A stretch of DNA of 64,000 nt, taken from positions 2,419,362 through 2,483,361 of the forward strand of contig CM082592.2 in assembly GCA_040954595.2 (NCBI GenBank). Reading direction: 5' to 3'. The notes under the pieces are model-generated. The model was not told where the DNA came from. It was given only the letters and a program-made list of their open reading frames with translations, and did not search any database. Both the position numbers and the translations under genes were made by a program. Below, one piece after another: positions 13,296 to 26,484 of this stretch; positions within the stretch are counted from its first letter, which is position 1; the number at the start of each line of letters is the position of its first letter. The stretch comes from Balanoglossus misakiensis. Lineage: Eukaryota; Animalia; Hemichordata.

Positions 13296-13394
13296 ACATA
13301 TTATGCTACGCAACCATCTTTATGGTCAATTCATCTTTCCACACATACTAATCTTAACTAAACTTTGTGATTTCTCCACAGATTTATCACACAG

Positions 13395-15600
13395 ATACCC
13401 CAGGATGAAGACCAGAAGAACCAGAACACCAAGAAGAAGACGAAGAAAAACACAGTTTTAATTTCGGTATGTGTTATTCCATGTAATTAATGCAAAATTA
13501 TTTTAAAATATACTAACCATTTTTTCCCTTTGCTTCTTTCAACAGATACCCCTGGATGAAGACCAGAAGGCCAAGGAGAAGACGAAGAAAAACCCAGCGT
13601 TAATTATGGTATGTGTTTATCCATGTATAATATGCAAAATTATTTTAATATATTCTAACCATTTTTCCCCTTTGATTCCTTCAACAGATACCCCCGGATG
13701 AAGACCAGAAGACGAAGACCAGAAGGCCAAGGAGAAGACGAAGAAAAACCCAGCGTTAATTATGGTATGTGTTTATCCATGTATAATATGCAAAATTATT
13801 TTAATATATTCTAACCATTTTTCCCCTTTGATTCCTTCAACAGATACCCCCGGATGAAGACCAGAAGACGAAGACCAGAAGGCCAAGGAGAAGACGAAGA
13901 AAAACCCAGCGTTAATTATGGTATGTGTTTATCCATGTATAATATGCAAAATTATTTTAAAATATTCTAACCATTTTTCCCCTTTGATTCCTTCAACAGA
14001 TACCCCCGGATGAAGACCAGAAGACGAAGACCAGAAGGCCAAGGAGAAGACGAAGAAAAACCCAGCGTTAATTATGGTATGTGTTTATCCATGTATAATA
14101 TGCAAAATTATTTTAATATATTCTAACCATTTTTCCCCTTTGATTCCTTCAACAGATACCCCCGGATGAAGACCAGAAGACGAAGACCAGAAGGCCAAGG
14201 AGAAGACGAAGAAAAACCCAGCGTTAATTATGGTATGTGTTTATCCATGTATAATATGCAAAATTATTTTAATATATTCTAACCATTTTTCCCCTTTGAT
14301 TCCTTCAACAGATACCCCCGGATGAAGACCAGAAGACGAAGACCAGAAGGCCAAGGAGAAGACGAAGAAAAACCCAGCGTTAATTATGGTATGTGTTTAT
14401 CCATGTATAATATGCAAAATTATTTTAATATATTCTAACCATTTTTCCCCTTTGATTCCTTCAACAGATACCCCCGGATGAAGACCAGAAGACGAAGACC
14501 AGAAGGCCAAGGAGAAGACGAAGAAAAACCCAGCGTTAATTATGGTATGTGTTTATCCATGTATAATATGCAAAATTATTTTAAAATATTCTAACCATTT
14601 TTCCCCTTTGATTCCTTCAACAGATACCCCCGGATGAAGACCAGAAGACGAAGACCAGAAGGCCAAGGAGAAGACGAAGAAAAACCCAGCGTTAATTATG
14701 GTATGTGTTTATCCATGTATAATATGCAAAATTATTTTAATATATTCTAACCATTTTTCCCCTTTGATTCCTTCAACAGATACCCCCGGATGAAGACCAG
14801 AAGACGAAGACCAGAAGGCCATGGAGAAGACGAAGAAAAACCCAGCGTTAATTATGGTATGTGTTTATCCATGTATAATATGCAAAATTATTTTAAAATA
14901 TTCTAACCATTTTTCCCCTTTGATTCCTTCAACAGATACCCCCGGATGAAGACCAGAAGACGAAGACCAGAAGGCCAAGGAGAAGACGAAGAAAAACCCA
15001 GCGTTAATTATGGTATGTGTTTATCCATGTATAATATGCAAAATTATTTTAATATATTCTAACCATTTTTCCCCTTTGATTCCTTCAACAGATACCCCCG
15101 GATGAAGACCAGAAGACCAAGGAGAAGACGAAGACCAGAAGACCAAGGAGAAGACGAAGACCAGAAGACCAAGGAGAAGACGAAAAAAAAACAAGCGTTA
15201 ATTACGGTATGTGTTAATCCATGTATTAAATGCAAAATTATTTTAAAATATTCTAACCATTTTTCCCCTTTGATTCCTTCAACAGATACCCACGGATGAA
15301 GACCAGAAGACGAAGACCAGAAGACCAAGACGAAGACCAGAAGACCAAGGAGAAGACGAAGACCAGAAGACCAAGGAGAAGCCGAAGAAAAACCCAGCGT
15401 TAATTACGGTATGTGTTAATCCATGTACTAAATGCAAAATTATTTTAAAATATTCTAACCATTTTTCCCCTTTGATTTCTTCAACAGATACCCCAGGATG
15501 AAGACCAGAAGACGAAGACCAGAAGACCAAGACGAAGACCAGAAGACGAAGGAGACCAAGGAGAAGATGAAGAAAAACCCAGCGTTAATTTCGGTATGTG
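13395..15600 (+). repeat. Tandem array of 14 exon-intron-like units (core period 156 bp = 77-nt exon-like + 79-nt intron-like)
   Basis: Units start at 13395, 13546, 13688 (then every 156 bp to 15092), 15286 and 15488. Each has G|GTATGT...CTAAC...polyY...CAG|. Confidence 0.9.
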
Positions 15601-16899
15601 TTATTCCAATAATTTCTTTCATGCACTTTACTAACATTCTATTTCTATCTGTTTATCTCTACAGATCACACAAGACCTGGACCTGGATGCGCACAGGGGC
15701 AGAGATTTGGGGGTATTGGGCCCTTCCCTGGGTAAGAACGAATTGTTTGATTTACTGTTTAAATTTCAGTTTGCAAACTGAGTTGTGGGACTCCTTCCTT
15801 TAGATAGGGACACACGGCCTTGTAATGGGATTCTGGGGGCAGGCCCTTTTAGAGTAGGTGCCGTCATAGTGGGTAGCTTCACGTGCTGACGGTGTAATCT
15901 AAACATTGGAAAAATGTGTTTTTCCAATGTTTGGAGACTAAACCCACTTCCCCAAAAATGTAAGCTGTCCTTTGAGAACCAAGTTCAAGAACACAGTGAG
16001 ATGTCTCCAGGAATGAAGTCCATGGTGTTAGAAGATCTTGCCTGGCAGTGTGTTCTGGATCATGAGATTATTGGGCATGGCAGCTTAACCAGTGATCAGG
16101 TAAATGATTGTACAGTGTTGCATTTCCCTGTCATGATGTTATATATGCATATTTGTGACATCTTTTTAAGACAACTAGATGATGTAAATCAAAATTTAGC
16201 ATTTTTAGAAGATGTCTAACTGTAGTAAGCCAAACACCAGTAAGAACTAAAATATCTCCACTGGAAAACACTGTTTGACCAGCCTTTTGATTGAAAACCA
16301 AAGGAGACGTGTTCCTGTAGCAAATGGTTTCTAGGGAGAAATTTGAAAAGCAATGACTGTTCCAGATTTTTTTTTTTTTTTTGCTGGCTTTAGTTGATTT
16401 TGTGGCTTGAATGTTTTGCAGGGTGGTGTGCAATTGGAGGAGAGAACTTGTTCAACATGAAGACCTCTGGAGAAGTTGTCTGTCCATCATGATGTTTCTG
16501 GAGCAAGACACTTGGAAAATAGGTCAGTCGTTGAAGTATCATCTAGAAAGGTAGTCGCTACCATTCAAATTAATGTCCTGATAGCCACGAAAGTTATTCT
16601 TTCAATTTTTCTAATGACCTTCTTTGAAAAAAGGAGAAAAAAATATAGGGTCCCCATGCACAATGTTCCAGAAAATGGTACCAAAACCACCCAATTCAAC
16701 AAAAATTGGGATATTTTGAAAATTAGGAGTTTTCTTCAGAAATCCAATGTTTAGAAATCAGCTATGTTAACACCTTTCCATTAATATAGTGATACGTCAA
16801 ATCAATGCAACTATAGGGCCATAGCACTATCGAGCTGTTTATCAAAATTATGTAAGGTCAATTTTCAATACACAGTTAATCAGCTACCTAGACATTAAC

Positions 16900-17630
16900 A
16901 GGCTTATTACACCATTTTGGTTCAGGTTCAGAAAGAACACGAGAACATCATATTCTATGTTTGTTCCCAACACTGCAATAAACAAATGTGTCTAAACTGA
17001 AAGGAAAAAGAGAGGAAGTTATTTATACTCTGCTTTTGTTGACTTGAGATAGGCTTCTGATTGTGTTTTGAAGAAGGATTTATTTTTGAAGTTGGTAAAT
17101 TTTATCAGTCATTAATTAAAACAAGGTAGGAAAATGTTAATTACACAGTTGTCAAAGAGCTTTGAGACATCTTGTGGAGCTCAGCAGGGATGTAATTTGT
17201 CTGCTTCATTTAAAAAAAATTCTAAATGATTGCACTGATATTTTGGGGGAAGCATCTGATTTTCTAGTCAAACTGGATAGTGTCAAGTTAAAACTGTATT
17301 ATTTATGCAGATCGATGATTTATTGCTAATTTTAGAATCTACAAAAGGGCTTCAAAACTGTGAAAGCAAACTAGGTGTATACCGCCAACAATGGGAGCTC
17401 ACAGTAAATGTCAAAACCAAATTTATGATTCTCAACAGGCCTAGGAATAGCAGAATGGTAAAAAAAACTGTGGCTTCAAAATTCATGGTGAAATGATCAG
17501 TCAAGCCAAACAATTTGGTGTATGCTTAATACTCCTAATGGCAAATTTAAGCAAAACCAGTTACACTTGAAAATGAAAGCAATGAAAGCACTATTTACTG
17601 TTAGACGTTCAATTCTGTATGCTCCTCGTG
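16900..17630 (+). mobile_element. Degenerate non-LTR retrotransposon reverse-transcriptase fragment
   Basis: Frameshifted motifs in the expected order: F-x-FRK, LYSAFVDLRxASD, CGAQQGCNLS, YAD(D)LLLI..S..GLQ, WELTVNVKTKFMI. Confidence 0.75.
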
Positions 17631-18209
17631 CTGGTATTAGGAGTGAATAAGGTAGATTTCTAATCTGAATGAAAATGTTGAAATTCAGTACCCATAATGT
17701 AGAATTATGGGTACTTGTCATCAGCAAAAAGAATTCAAATTATTTGATGTAAAATCTGGGTCACTGATGTTCAAGAGTATAAAAATTAAGTTAGAAAAAG
17801 ACTTATGTAGAATCTTGGAAAATTTCTACATAATGTTGCAATTTTCAAAATAATTACTGAACTTTACAGCACTCTCTGATCGTGCATGTTGTGTACTAAA
17901 TAAAATATGAATTAAAGGCTAGAGCGCATAACAAGTTTTCCGCAAAACTCTGTAGGATAGTCCTGTTAAAATTTTCACATCTTGAACTGCTTAAATACTG
18001 AAAAGCCAACGTTCATTGACTGCGCCCTCTGGAGGCCAGTCTCACGACCTCTGTTGACCTTGCAACAGGACAATACGCGTCAGCTGGTTGTAAAATTGGC
18101 TCAGGTCAGGTCATTTGTTTGTGGAGTGTGTTGAACGCCTCCGATACATGGGGGACTGTTTTGCATTGATTTCCATCATTCAAAATCTCTGGCGTAAATT
18201 GTCGGGACC

Positions 18210-20954
18210 ATGCTGAGTTTAAAAAGCCAAGATACGGGATCTCTTGGATGGAGATTGATGAACGCGTTCATGTGTGCACTGTTTGCTCTGTTTGCTTATG
18301 TACAGGTACGTGTTGGTCATTTCCGGGTTTGGACACATTGGACCACGCCACGCTCCCTTGGGCGTGTTTGTGCAAGATTTCATAGACTGATAATAATTTT
18401 ATATCAGTCTCGGCAGTGTCAAAAATAGAGCCACAAAATGTGTTATTCCTTAATACCATAGCCAAGTCCATCGCGTTACCAAGACCTGTCATATTGTAGA
18501 TCCAAAATATTTTCCAATTATTATCAATGTGTTTTGTACATGTACATGTACTTTTGGAAGCCTTTCTAGTCCAGAGTGTGGTTAAATGTTTTATTTTATA
18601 GAAAACTTAATGTCCGTGTGAACTACACCTTTCAAGGTTAAATTAAGTTTGCAGGAGTATCAGATTCATGCAAATGATGAAGAAAAAAAATAATTTAACA
18701 AATTTTCCAAATAGAGCGAGGTTTATGATGGAAATTGGTCAGTATGAGATCAAAGGCAGTATCTATCATGCTTGTTTGGACCAGTACTGGCCGAATCGGA
18801 GCAAATAAAATGTCAGTGATGCTTATATTTTTCTTTGTTTGCAGAAAAATGATCCTGACCCAGAGTTATGGATGGTGAGTAACCGTGGTAACCATCAAAT
18901 GTTCTGACTGCAGGGTATTTTATTTATGATTCATCTCCAGTCTCTCTGCAAACAGAAATGACAGCTTAACTTACTGTTGGGTGAAGGAAAACCACTGACT
19001 TTACCCTTTCTGTCAAAACAGTGGATAGAAATTACCAAGCAACATATTAGACTTCTTGAAGTTAATTTTTTTCTAAATTCTTAGTTTGTCATGGGAACAC
19101 TGTAGCTGTTATCTTTGTCAAAAAGACATATGCTAGGTGCAGAAATTTCTGTTCATTTTCTGTGCCAGTCTTTGTGAAGTAGCACATTACTGGGGTGTGT
19201 CCAATGCGCCTTGCTTCCATCAATGGAACACACTCTAATATTAATTGTAGAAATATTTCTATGTGAAATAAGTTTTCCGTGTCAGAAAAGGTACTTTATG
19301 AAATTGAAAACTGTGCAAAAAATACTGAAAGATATGTTCTTTGTTTGTTTCAGGCTCTTTACAGTATACCTGCATTGTTGTGTCTGGCTGTAGCAGTGTC
19401 CAGTCATGTGACAGGTAAGTTGACTTTTTATGATGTAATTCAAACATTAAACAAAATGTTTAAGGCAGGAAAATACAACCATGGATGTGAATCTTGAATT
19501 TTTATATTGAGACTTCTTCAAATTGTGAAACTGATATTTTTGTGCACAAACAGTTTAATTACCCACAATGCCTTAGATATATTCATTGTTGTTCAGTTGA
19601 CATTTTAGAAATGTCATTCTGTCACAGCAAGTTAGTCTTTAACCAAAGTTTCTGAATCCTCCATCACAGAGATGAAAGGTCAATGATTTTAATAGCTTCA
19701 TGTACCACTGAGGTTAATGTGTGATGATTTTATATTTCCGCAAATCTCGTGTTTCTGGTTTAACTGTTGCGATTAAAGCAACCATAAATCGGACTACAAG
19801 ACAAAACTAATTATTTCTTTGTTTTCTCTATGCAGATAATCCAATATGGCGGATAACCTGCACACTGCATGTCATTGCCATGGGTTTGCTGTCGCTGTAT
19901 CTGACAAAGACGATAAAAGACAGCGAGACAGAAATGAAATTCTATGAAATGGAAGAAGCCAGGTAAGTTTAGTGTTTGATTTAAATGGTGAAAGCTGCAG
20001 TGATAAAAATTTACAGTTTTAATAAATGATGTCTACAATGTAGCCCTCACGAAATAAATTTTCAAAGCTTAGAGTCAATTTGAGAATTAAAAAATTCTCT
20101 GAGTCAGCCCTATACCTTTGCATGTAGTGTTGATAATTTTCTTGAGTCACCAGTGAGTTTGTTGGGTCAGTGGCGCCTCATATCAGCTTAGAGGGCACAC
20201 TGATGCCCAGTAGAACAGAAACTGGGGGGTACTCAAAAATTGATATTTTTCATGTTTTGGCAATGGTGACAAATATTTTGATTCTGATCAATTTCTACAA
20301 TAAAATTAATAGCCACTGTTTTTATTTTTTATTCACAGAGAACTTGGTGGATTGGTTTTTGTTATGCTGTGGTTGATCATCTGCGGAAATTCTTCAAGGT
20401 CAGTTTTGTCTCCAGATTTTTGTTGCAGTCTTAAATTATTCATAAATATACACAGGCTGTTGTCACACTTTTTTCTTTTGAGGATTTTTGTTCAAACAAA
20501 TTAGAACACTTCCAGGACTAGATCGGTTTAAAGGTCTAGTGATGTGGTGTAATTTGAGGCACAATTTGTCACCTAATCACTGTTACATGTACCATGGAAA
20601 ATGCAAATACAGACAGTCACTGATTTTCAGTTAGTACGTGGCACATCCCCAAAAAGTGCCACGATGGCTATTAGAATACTTATAGACACAACCTTCGGCC
20701 ATGTAAAGTCATATGAAATTTTCATATTTATAATGGTTGCAATATTTTCAGGAACATCTCTTTACCACCCTTCATTGTTGTCATATTTTTTGTTCGCCAG
20801 GTTGCGTTTGAGTTTGACATATCTGACACTTGGTTGCGCTGTGCTGGCATCGGTTCCTATCTTGCTCTGGATAGGCGTGTACATCAACACGGAGTACAGA
20901 GAGAAAATGCCGGAACACTGTAAAACTGTCATGTATGCAGATAAGGACTCGTAG
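18210..20954 (+). CDS. TMEM220: Transmembrane protein 220, complete, 6 exons, 175 aa
   Basis: Exons 18210-18305, 18845-18874, 19354-19414, 19836-19962, 20339-20398 and 20801-20954 all have GT-AG boundaries and join in frame (528 nt). Translation WRLMNAFMCALFALFAYVQ-KNDPDPELWM-ALYSIPALL...EEARELGGL...WIGVYINTEYREKMPEHCKTV matches the TMEM220 motifs (VQxNDPD, YxIPA, EEGRELxGL, PxHCKT). Confidence 0.93.
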
Positions 20955-21699
20955 TGGAAATCGAAGGACCAAGGAAAATGGCGTCCTGTCTAAGCTGGAA
21001 CCTTGTAGATATATACCGTACTGAGACACTGGTGTTGACTGTGACATGCACATTGCTGTAATGTATTGCTTGGAAGCTCATGTTAGCCACAGACAACTTT
21101 GATATGGACATGCAGGTGAAAACAGTGATGCACTGCATTGTTCCAAATCTCCTGGACAATTCCTCGAACAATAGTGCTGCAGCGCATTGCCTATTGGCAT
21201 AGCAACCTTAAATAACAAAGCATAGGGACTTCACCGTAGCAGTAGTGGCCAAGAGCAAAAGTGACATGGGGAAATAATATTGTTCCGCTATCCTGATTTA
21301 ATTAAATGAATCAAACTTTGGCTCAAACCTAAATCGTGGGTAGTTTTCATGAAAAGAATTCATGATCCTAGCATTCGGAGTGTTTGACACAGGCTCAAAT
21401 TTAGCAGAAGTCACATGTCAACTGACTACCAATGCTCCTTACAGACTAATAAATTTTGCAAAATGGTGGTCACCGCTGACTACCAGTAGGTGGAGCCATT
21501 TTAACTGTCAACACTCTATTACTAGAAGGCATATATGTTGCTAAAAGTTTGTAGGAAAATTTTCCCTGTCAGAATTCCATTAATCAAATTTTCAGCCAAT
21601 GTTTCATGATTTTATTTGTTTGTTTGGCAGAGTGCTTTCATTTCAATTTATAAAGTTGTGTTGTTGCTTTAGATATCAATTGTTTTAGTATTCTGGACC

Positions 21700-21970
21700 G
21701 TAGTAAATGACTTTCCTAGCTCAATTCAGACTTGGAATTTTGCCAGTACGATTCGAAACGGGCGGATTTGGTATATTTTACACAGAGAATGCAATGGAAG
21801 ACGAATTTCACTTTCTTTTACACTGTACTTTATATAATGGAAATTTATTTGATATTACCAGCAAGCATTTTCAAGATTTTCAAGAATTGCCAGATACGGA
21901 GAAACTCAAACTCTTCCTCAATGACATGAGTCAAGGTACACCAAAACTTATTGCTAAATGGGTAACGTAA
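21700..21970 (+). mobile_element. LINE ORF2 C-terminal fragment (zinc-knuckle region)
   Basis: FLAQFRLGILPVRFETG...EDEFHFLLHCTLY, typical of the C-terminus of non-LTR retrotransposon ORF2. Confidence 0.75.
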
Positions 21971-22767
21971 GTCCCTACTTTACAAAGTACATGTACACTG
22001 ACTGCCTATACCTTGTTTTGTCTTCAACAATTGTGTGAGTTCAGGTATTTTCAGAAACCTGTGTTAGTGTGTTTTTCCCTCTTATTTTTATGTATCCTGA
22101 CTAGCAACTCGTATGAGAATGTATTTATTATTTACAGTGATGAATCAGCCCATTGTGGCTTGTCGTATTGCATTTAAGTCAATAAATAAATATCTATTTA
22201 TTAAGTCAGTGATTGCGTGATTGAAATATTTTGTCAGTCTCCATGGGAAATATCTGCGCACCTTCAAAATGTATACTTTAATTCTGTCATGTTGATAAAA
22301 AGTATGCAGATTCCAATTTGCTGTTCTGATAACTATTAGCTATATGCGTGCCTTTATTAATTATAGTCAAAAAGTTATGGCTAGTTTGGAGGTATGAAGT
22401 ATTTGAGCTCAGTAGCTGCTAAATGTCTGAACGTCAGCTATTCAGACAATCTAGCTCCACCCCCCACCTCCCCCACCCCACCCCCACCCAAACTTCAGCT
22501 TATGATTAAAGGGACACTACGGTAGCTGTAACTGTTGGCTCTATTGACACTATTTTTGTTCTTGCACCAAATGCGATATAGTTTTCTACTCCAAGAACCA
22601 TCCTACCGGTAATATACCATACGGCACTAAGTACAGCTTTTGAGATTATAGCCTGTAGGTTACTGTGTGTAATGGCCACCGAAGCCAAAAAATATAAAAC
22701 CTGATATCCTGCTTATACTTTCAAACAGATTTTTGATCATAGACTTTTCTTCTATCTCATCAGCAGA

Positions 22768-23011
22768 ATGTCTGTGAAAAGTTTCCTGAAGTTGTGTTGG
22801 ACAGAGCACCCAGACGGCCCCCCTGACTGTTGGAGATACGTGATCGTCATCTGTAATATCGTTGTGACGTTATTCTGCATTGGTCTGAATTATGGCATGT
22901 GGATCTTGATTGAGGGACTGAGAGACTTTTTCAGAGAATATCATGCGGTGAGAGACGAGGTGGATACAAAATGGATTGTTTATATCAGTATTTTCATGGT
23001 TGGTCTCACAG
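22768..23011 (+). CDS. First coding exon of an SLC16/monocarboxylate-transporter-like MFS protein
   Basis: Acceptor at 22766 and phase-1 donor G|gtatgt at 23011. PDGPPDCWRYVIVICNIVVTLFCIGLNYGMWILI...KWIVYISIFMVGLT resembles SLC16 TM1-TM2 (PDGGWGWVVV...AWIGSI), with the intron at the usual position. Confidence 0.65.
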
Positions 23012-24396
23012 GTATGTTGTGGTTGCATTCTAGTTTTCTGTCTCTTACCGGTACTTGGTGATTGACTGCTCATGCAATGGCCTTACCGGAATCGCCCTTA
23101 CTGCCGGGAAAAGCTGAATTTTTGGCTACATTAAATTTCAGTATTTTTGTTCTGTGTGCCAAAATTGGCAACTATGCGATTTCTTGTTCTATTCCAAACA
23201 GCATTCCTAAAAAATTAAACCCAGTACTCCACTTGTCAACATAGACTGTATGTGTGTAACTGCCATTGTTATTGTTGACAAATGAATTCTAGTCCGGATT
23301 AGAATGCAAATTTTGCACATAAGCAATCAGCTCACTTTATACTTATAATATATACCGGTAGGTTGTGTTTTAATAAGTTGGATACTGGGTATTTCATCAT
23401 GTTTCAGGGATCTGAACAAGAAACTGCAGTATAAACACACACTTAAACATACTGTAGATATAGCCAAAAGTTGCAGCGAATGAAGGTTTAATTACCACAG
23501 CTTTTATTTTGGATCGTATGACACCATGAAATTATATAAGACATTCCAAACGCAATCAGCTCAAAGAAGATCACACATGAAAAATTAATCACTTTGTTGA
23601 TAAAATCTCACCTTCAAATGGGTGATGTACAATAGAAATGATGAAATAAAATGACCCTGGAATTCTGCCGACTTGGCATGAGACATTTTCCTCCAATAAA
23701 TTAAACACTCATCACTGTTTACATGTAACACAATTCAAGGCTCCTCAACGGAGAATTCAGTTCTGTTCATTTCAATCACTCTTTATTCATCCCAAAAAGG
23801 GCAAGTAAATTGGCGGACAAAATGGACCCAAGAAGTCAATTTATAACAACCAAACCTGTACAAAATGAACAGGACTTAAAAAGTCAAGTCACGTTGCATA
23901 CATGTGAAACCATTCAAAAGTAGAATTCAACAGCCGCACGGTGGATGAGATTCCTTTGAATTTGAATTTGAGTTCCTTTGACCGTTTGTCTTGTAAACTG
24001 GACAGCTTACGTTGCTGCCCATTCTCAGAAGGAAGAAATTACATTTTGATTAAGCTACTAGGATCTTCAGTTGCTGTAATGCCCTGTCTACACTACGGTT
24101 GGCTGCTTCGTTCATTCTACATGTAAGAATTGTCCAATTTCAAGGATTTGTGGATGAATGTAATGTTTTAAACAAACAAACGACTAGACGACTGGTCCAA
24201 GCACAATCGAAATCGCATCTTTCAGGGTCTCCGTGAAATGAAATGAATTGAAGTGGCTTCGGGAACTGAACTGGGTTTTACACAAATGCTGGGCAAATAC
24301 TGCCATTAACAACCACACTTCCTGTTTTTTTTATTTTGCAGTATGTTTATTTTATTTTTTATAATTATAAGAGGCAACCTGAGATGCCGAGTGTTA

Positions 24397-25090
24397 GGGA
24401 CTGTTCAGTTTTTACGGCAGGGCGGGGGGGGGGGGGGGTCGGCAAGTTTGAGTCATCGGTTTTCAAAATCAGGCCGACCCCCCCCCCCCCTTCACTCAGC
24501 ACCAAAAAATGATGACCCCACCCCCTTTGACAGACCCAAAAATATGATGACCCCCCCCCCACGCTGAAATCATTCGCCGTCCTGATCCTATGTACACTAT
24601 ATGCATTATAGGGAATGAGGGTTCCGACACCTCAATTCTAAATTTCTTAAAGTGATTGAAGTACATAATAGTATATCGTTGCAATAAGAATGAATTATGA
24701 ATAAATTAGAATGACAAGTCAATACAATAGTTGGCAGGCGGTAGGTTTTGAAGCAAAGCGGAAGAAATACGGCTAGGACTAGGCTAGTAGGATTGGTAAA
24801 ACAAGAAAATTGGGGGGGGGGTGTGGGAGGGTGTGTCCCCCTCCCACACGAGAAAATTTTGTAAAATACGGTGCTCAAAGTTGCATTTGAATGAACTCAA
24901 AAGCAAATTAAGTAAATGTTAGGGAGGACAAATTTTACTTTTGCCAGTCAATGTTAGTGTCGGTGGGGGTGGGAAAGTGCTACTCCTTGGTACACTAGAT
25001 GTGGTGAAGAACTAAGGGGGTGGGTGTGGGAGGGGGTGTCCCCCTCCCTCATAAGAAAATTTTGAAAAATAAAGGGCGCAAAACTGCAGT
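24397..25090 (+). mobile_element. PIF/Harbinger-like non-autonomous element, copy 1 (right end missing)
   Basis: TTA|GGGACTGTTCAGTTTTTACGGC terminus. The body matches 44867-45643 and the reverse of 42838-43678. Confidence 0.7.
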
Positions 25091-25687
25091 CACAAAATCA
25101 ACAACAGCACCAACCAGAGTTTCTCAGGATTTTCATATTATAGGAAATTAGGAATATTGCAAGTGAAATTGATTGCGCCCCAACGTTGGCATCCAGTTCA
25201 ATTTGATCTTGATTTTGAATGCCAATAATGATATAAATTTTCTGGGTTTTTTTATGACAGACTGAGTTGATGCAGCTCATGAGTGACGGTTACAGTCAAT
25301 GCAGTAGTAAAGCATATACATTAATAATAAGACGTATCAGACAAAAACCCAGGTATGTAGACATAAAAGTTCCAATAGCTCTTACTGTGGGCTTGTCTTT
25401 CGTTATATATTTGTTTATATAAATCTGGAATGTCCTGTTTAACTTATTAAAATATTCATTATGCAGTTGTTACATATGATATACATGTAAGTTGCGCGTA
25501 AAAATTACCGTACAATAAAATGTGGCTGTTGAACATTGGTCCCAACTTAACGACAATACACAATACGATAGAATTTTTACTCATTGACTTTCTGGCCTGA
25601 TTTTCGCATTGTCTTGGAAGGGCATATGAAAAAGGCATATCGATTATTGGTACTCCACTTATTAGACTTTCTACTGTTTGTCAACAG

Positions 25688-26484
25688 CACTGCCAAGGAA
25701 CTCCTGCCAGCCATCATTGATTGTCTGGATAGCAGTGACCATGCAGAGTGTCGTCAATGTGGCTCTCCAACATCTACCTGAGTTTGCTCTGTTGTGCCAA
25801 GGTAAGGCCTATTATGATAGTCTGAATTAAGTTCCTAATAGCATTAAAATGGGCCATCCCAAGCAGAAAGCAGTCTTATGGGAGCGCGATACTTATGACC
25901 ATAAGACCCCTTTCTGCTTGGGATGGTCCAAATGTTCCTGTTCTGAACCACTCTTGTGCTCACAGAAAGTGTCAGAATTGAACCATTATGGCTGCCATTG
26001 GCCAACGTATCAAGCATTCTGATCAGTACCGTAAATAGAGACTTCTTTTGCAAGATTAATCAAAGTTTCATATAACGAAGAATTTACATCATAAATGTAA
26101 AATGAATGTGAAACTAGTCTGTCATTTGAAATGTGTCATAAATTTGCACTGTTTTGATAGCAGTGATCATCTTGACTTTCACATCATGCAACCAGAAACT
26201 TGATCAAATGAATTTTGCATACCTGGAATTTATATACTTGTTAGCACACTACAGCCAATGGTAGAATAGACAGTGTTGTGGCCAATAATTACAATTTTGA
26301 GTGTAAGTGGATATCTTGTCAATGCAGATCATCTGGACTTTTGTTTTGTTTCCTTTCAGAGTATGCAAATGTTTTACTGCAGAAAGCATTCATCGTTGGA
26401 ATTAACACCAAGCTTGACACGGCACCCATCATAGCAGAGACTCTGCAACTGTTGAATATGGAATCAGTCACAGTGTATTCATAA
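25688..26484 (+). CDS. Putative exons 2-3 of the SLC16-like gene (25688-25801, 26360-26484), giving a truncated ~160-aa product
   Basis: Good acceptor and donor sites, phase-compatible and open (ALPRNSCQPSLIVWIAV...; EYANVLLQ...VYS*), but similarity to SLC16 is weak. Confidence 0.35.

Noticed and set aside
10795-13461. Unspliced ORFs of 60-184 aa across the tandem arrays
   Set aside because: They occur in several frames on both strands, are broken by unit-length indels and show no recognisable domain.
16422-16521. Exon-like segment reading VVCNWRRELVQHEDLWR, faintly F-box-like
   Set aside because: No phase-compatible upstream exon carrying the first half of an F-box was found, and the match is too short to support a call.
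20752-20800. Upstream acceptor (20751) for the last TMEM220 exon
   Set aside because: It puts the conserved C-terminus out of frame. The acceptor at 20800 restores it.
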